Source: Eledone cirrhosa (taxonomy: Eukaryota). Taken from it: 64,000 nucleotides of DNA. The notes beneath the pieces were generated by a model. It had not been told where the DNA came from, did not search any database, and saw only the letters and a list, made by a program, of their open reading frames with translations. Below are positions 60,336 to 64,000 of this stretch, in pieces; position 1 is the stretch's first letter; the number at the start of each line of letters is the position of its first letter. Location: contig CAXHJY010000841.1 of the NCBI GenBank assembly GCA_964016885.1, positions 1 through 64,000 on the forward strand, given 5' to 3'. The position numbers were made by a program, and so were the translations under genes.

Positions 60336-60460
60336 TGCATGGAAGAGCCGCTGTAATGATTATTATGAATAAACGATTTATGTAGCATCAGCATCTTTCT
60401 TAATATTATTCTTTATATATATATATATATATATTCTTTATATATATATATATATATATT

Positions 60461-60503
<43 letters not shown>

Positions 60504-60517
60504 ATATATATATATAT

Positions 60518-60548
<31 letters not shown>

Positions 60549-61053
60549 TATTTCTTTATTAGCCACAGGGGCACAAAAGAAGGGGACAAATACAAAGGGG
60601 GAAGTTTACATACAATAAAAACGTGTAAAATGTTATCACAGATGGAATTTAAAAGTTAGTCGATTTTCCCCAGATAGAAGAAGAGATATACAAGAGACTA
60701 TGTAATATAAAGAGGTATTTTTTGGTTTGTTATATTATGTATTTCTGAAAGTTAATTTGTCTGCTGAAGCTTGAAGATTTTTCAATCTCAATCTCCATTA
60801 TAAATTCTGAATTAATGGTATATTTATGAAGCTAGTCTCACTTTATAATCTCAGCTATCTCACTTTATAATCAAAACAGTAGAGAAATATAAATCCCTCA
60901 GATGTAATGTTAACACTAACTGGTTTACTTGAAATATCTTGCTTCAAATTCCTTTTGCTGAAAACTTATGACTGCATCACAGCACACGTCATATAAATTA
61001 TGATGTATCTCAAATATTATGGCGCTATTCCTATTGGATGCGAGCATTATATC

Positions 61054-61300
61054 CAGTGAACTGTATAACTAGAATCAGAAACGTTTATGATTTATACACC
61101 TTTATGCGAAATGAGTTATGTTTATAGTCGATAACCACAGTGTATTACTGGTACTAGATTTTTTTTTTTTTTTAATGACAAAAATATTTTCATGCAGTGA
61201 ATCGTATAACCAAAATCAATAATGTTTATGATCGATACACTTTCGTGCGATATGGGTTATGTTTATAGTCGATAGAATTAACCAGTGTATTACTGATACT
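61054..61300. repeat. Diverged ~100-bp direct duplication (61054-61154 and 61195-61300)
   Basis: CAGTGAA..GTATAAC...GTTATGTTTATAGTCGATA..CAGTGTATTACTG.TACT occurs twice. Confidence 0.75.
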
Positions 61301-61978
61301 TCATTTAGACTTTTGGACCTTTGCCATTTTGTCCATGAAACACAACAGAAACACAGCTCTGACCTAGGTGTGACCCTTTCTCATTCCTCTTTCTTTTGTT
61401 GCCTAATAATCCATGTTCTTTCCCTCCTTTTCCTCACATTTATAGCATTTATAGTCCTTTCAAATACTACTTTCTTTTTCTATAAGGTTTGACTAAATAT
61501 TCAATTCTTCATTATTTGTATGTATTTTTATCCTAGGGTCGTGCTCCTAACTGTATCCATGAAATGATTGTGCTTATTTCAAAGATAGTAAAAGAAATTA
61601 TATATATACTTATATTATATATGTGTATATGTGTGTTTACATACATAAGGTGGAAACTTGAATGCGGCATTCGGCTGCTTTCACGGATCTTTCTCGCTTT
61701 AGAGTTTCCAAATTTGTCTATAAATTTCAAATATATTTATACTCATGTTTCAACTCAATAACTTCCGAATGGCACCCAAATAAAACAGCGCATCTTCCTT
61801 ACCATCTTCCTGGTAAACACCTTCTCCATTCTGTCCGCGGGAGCTGTGGGGAGGCCATCAATATGATTACTTAACCCTTTCATTACCATATTACTAATTG
61901 TCATATATTCTGGTTAAAAACAGAATATGAAATAAATTACAGAAATAAGAACAACTGGACCCTTTCGTTATATTTCTA

Positions 61979-62161
61979 ATTGGCAGTATAGGTAAAGGGT
62001 CGGACGCCATGCTTTGACGTATGGAGTTACGGCCCTTGCCATTCTGAGTTCAAATCCTGCCGAGGTTAACTTTGCCTTTCATCCTTACGGGGTCGATAAA
62101 ATAAAGTACCAGTCATACACTGGAATAATTGCTGGCCTTGTGCCTAAGGTAGAAACAATTA
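61979..62161 (+). mobile_element. SINE family A, near full length
   Basis: TGGCAGTATAGG A-box, GAGTTCAAATCC B-box, body and tail. Confidence 0.9.
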
Positions 62162-62732
62162 GATTTCTAATTATGTCTGCTTTATTTCAATTACTACAAT
62201 AAATAATCCCATTCTTTTGACTCACATCAGTAATATGTCTAAATATTACCAACTCTGTCACTTTGTAACTTACTTCTATTTCATCAATAACAACTTAGTA
62301 AGTTATGATTGCATGATGGGAACTTCCTTTCAGTCATGTCTCTCAGTTTAGTTAAATGTATCGTAGTGACTAAGTGTAAAGTTCCGAGATTAAATGAAGT
62401 AAAGAGAAAATTCAACGAGCTGTTACATAACAATGGGGCAAATAAAACCAATGTAAGAGCAGATAAATTTGACACATTGCATATTATATATATGTGTGTA
62501 TGTATGTGTGTCGATATGTGATTAACCCACTCTTATTCATCTCTCTCACACACACACACATACACGTGTGTGTGTGTGTGTGAGTGTGTGTTCCTAAATG
62601 TCTGTATATGTTTATATATGTGTGAATAAATGCATATGTATTCCTGTATGTGTGTGCATGTTTATATGTAGCTGTATGTGTGTATATATCATATGTATAT
62701 ATATGTGTGTGTGTATATATATAAATATATAT

Positions 62733-62780
<48 letters not shown>

Positions 62781-62877
62781 ATATATATATACAATATATA
62801 TATATATATATATAATATATATTTATTAAAATAACAGATTAAAGTTTAAGCAAAGAATCGCTGCTTTCATCCTTAAC

Positions 62878-62927
<50 letters not shown>

Positions 62928-62975
62928 ATATATATACAATATATATATATATATATACAATATATATATATATAT

Positions 62976-63035
<60 letters not shown>

Positions 63036-63069
63036 ATATATATCTCTCTCTCCCTCTCTCCCCCCCTCT

Positions 63070-63185
<116 letters not shown>

Positions 63186-63351
63186 AACGTCTTTCTCTAT
63201 ATGTTCCATGTTGAGTTACTAAAAATTATGTCTGAAGATTAAATGTAAATTTTTTCTTTCTATTCCACAAGTCGGATTAATTTGATCTCCATTCACAGCT
63301 AAGATTTAAACATATTTTACTCCCATCTGTTTTTAATGTTCTTCTTATTGA

Positions 63352-64000
63352 AGTTGTTGTTGTTGGTGGTGGTGTTGTTGGTGGTAGTGGTGGTGTTGTT
63401 GGTGGTAGTGGTGGTGTTGGTGGTGGTAGTGGTGGTGTTGTTGGTGGTAGTGGTGGTGTTGGTGGTGGTAGTGGTGGTGTTGGTGGTGGCAGTGGTGGTG
63501 TTGGTGGTGGTAGTGGTGGTGTTGTTGGTGGTAGTGGTGGTGTTGGTGGTGGTAGTGGTGGTGTTGGTGGTGGTAGTGGTGGTGTTGGTGGTGGCAGTGG
63601 TGGTGTTGTTGGTGGTAGTGGTGGTGTTGTTGGTGGTAGTGGTGGTGTTGGTGGTGGTAGTGGTGGTGTTGGTGGTGGTAGTGGTGGTGTTGTTGGTGGT
63701 AGTGGTGGTGTTGTTGGTGGTAGTGGTGGTGTTGGTGTTGGTAGTGCTGGTGTTGGTGGTGGTAGTGGTGGTGCTGTTATTGGTATTGTTGTTGGTGGTG
63801 TTGTTTGTGGTGGTGTTGGTGTTGTTGGTGGTGGTGTTGGTGGTAGTGGTGTTGGTGTTGGTGGTGGTAGTGGTGGTGTTGTTGGTGGTAGTGGTGGTGT
63901 TGTTGGTGGTAGTGGTGGTGTTGGTGGTGGTAGTGGTGGTGTTGGTGGTGGTAGTGGTGGTGTTGGTGGTGGTAGTGGTGGTGGTGTTATTGGTATTGTT
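63352..64000. repeat. (GGT/GTT/AGT)n trinucleotide-derived minisatellite
   Basis: Direct inspection; 18- and 21-bp units. Confidence 0.95.

Overview
AT-rich, microsatellite-saturated eukaryotic DNA. The SINE families and the density of (TA)n/(CA)n tracts point to an octopod cephalopod (Octopus sp.); this is an inference. I found no intact host protein-coding gene, and almost all ORF-track entries are translations of microsatellites. The window holds tRNA-derived SINEs, RTE-type LINE remnants, mariner and hAT MITEs, and minisatellites. The most notable signal is a dense population of short elements embedded in (TA)n tracts that carry type-I hammerhead ribozyme (HHR) motifs (CTGANGA-stem II-GAAA-N..N'UH, closed by stem I). 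About 9 have an intact core and about 8 are degenerate, from at least 8 sequence families. Many are followed by AATAAA, and several form long fold-back palindromes with an HHR on each strand. Decayed coding relics of a Penelope-like element are also present: RT motifs FDIVELYPSIS and GLYRDDALA at ~58.1-58.6 kb, and a probable GIY-YIG domain at ~10.1-10.4 kb. Together these suggest a Penelope-associated, (TA)n-targeted system of ribozyme-bearing fold-back mini-elements. All structures were folded by eye and no activity is demonstrated.
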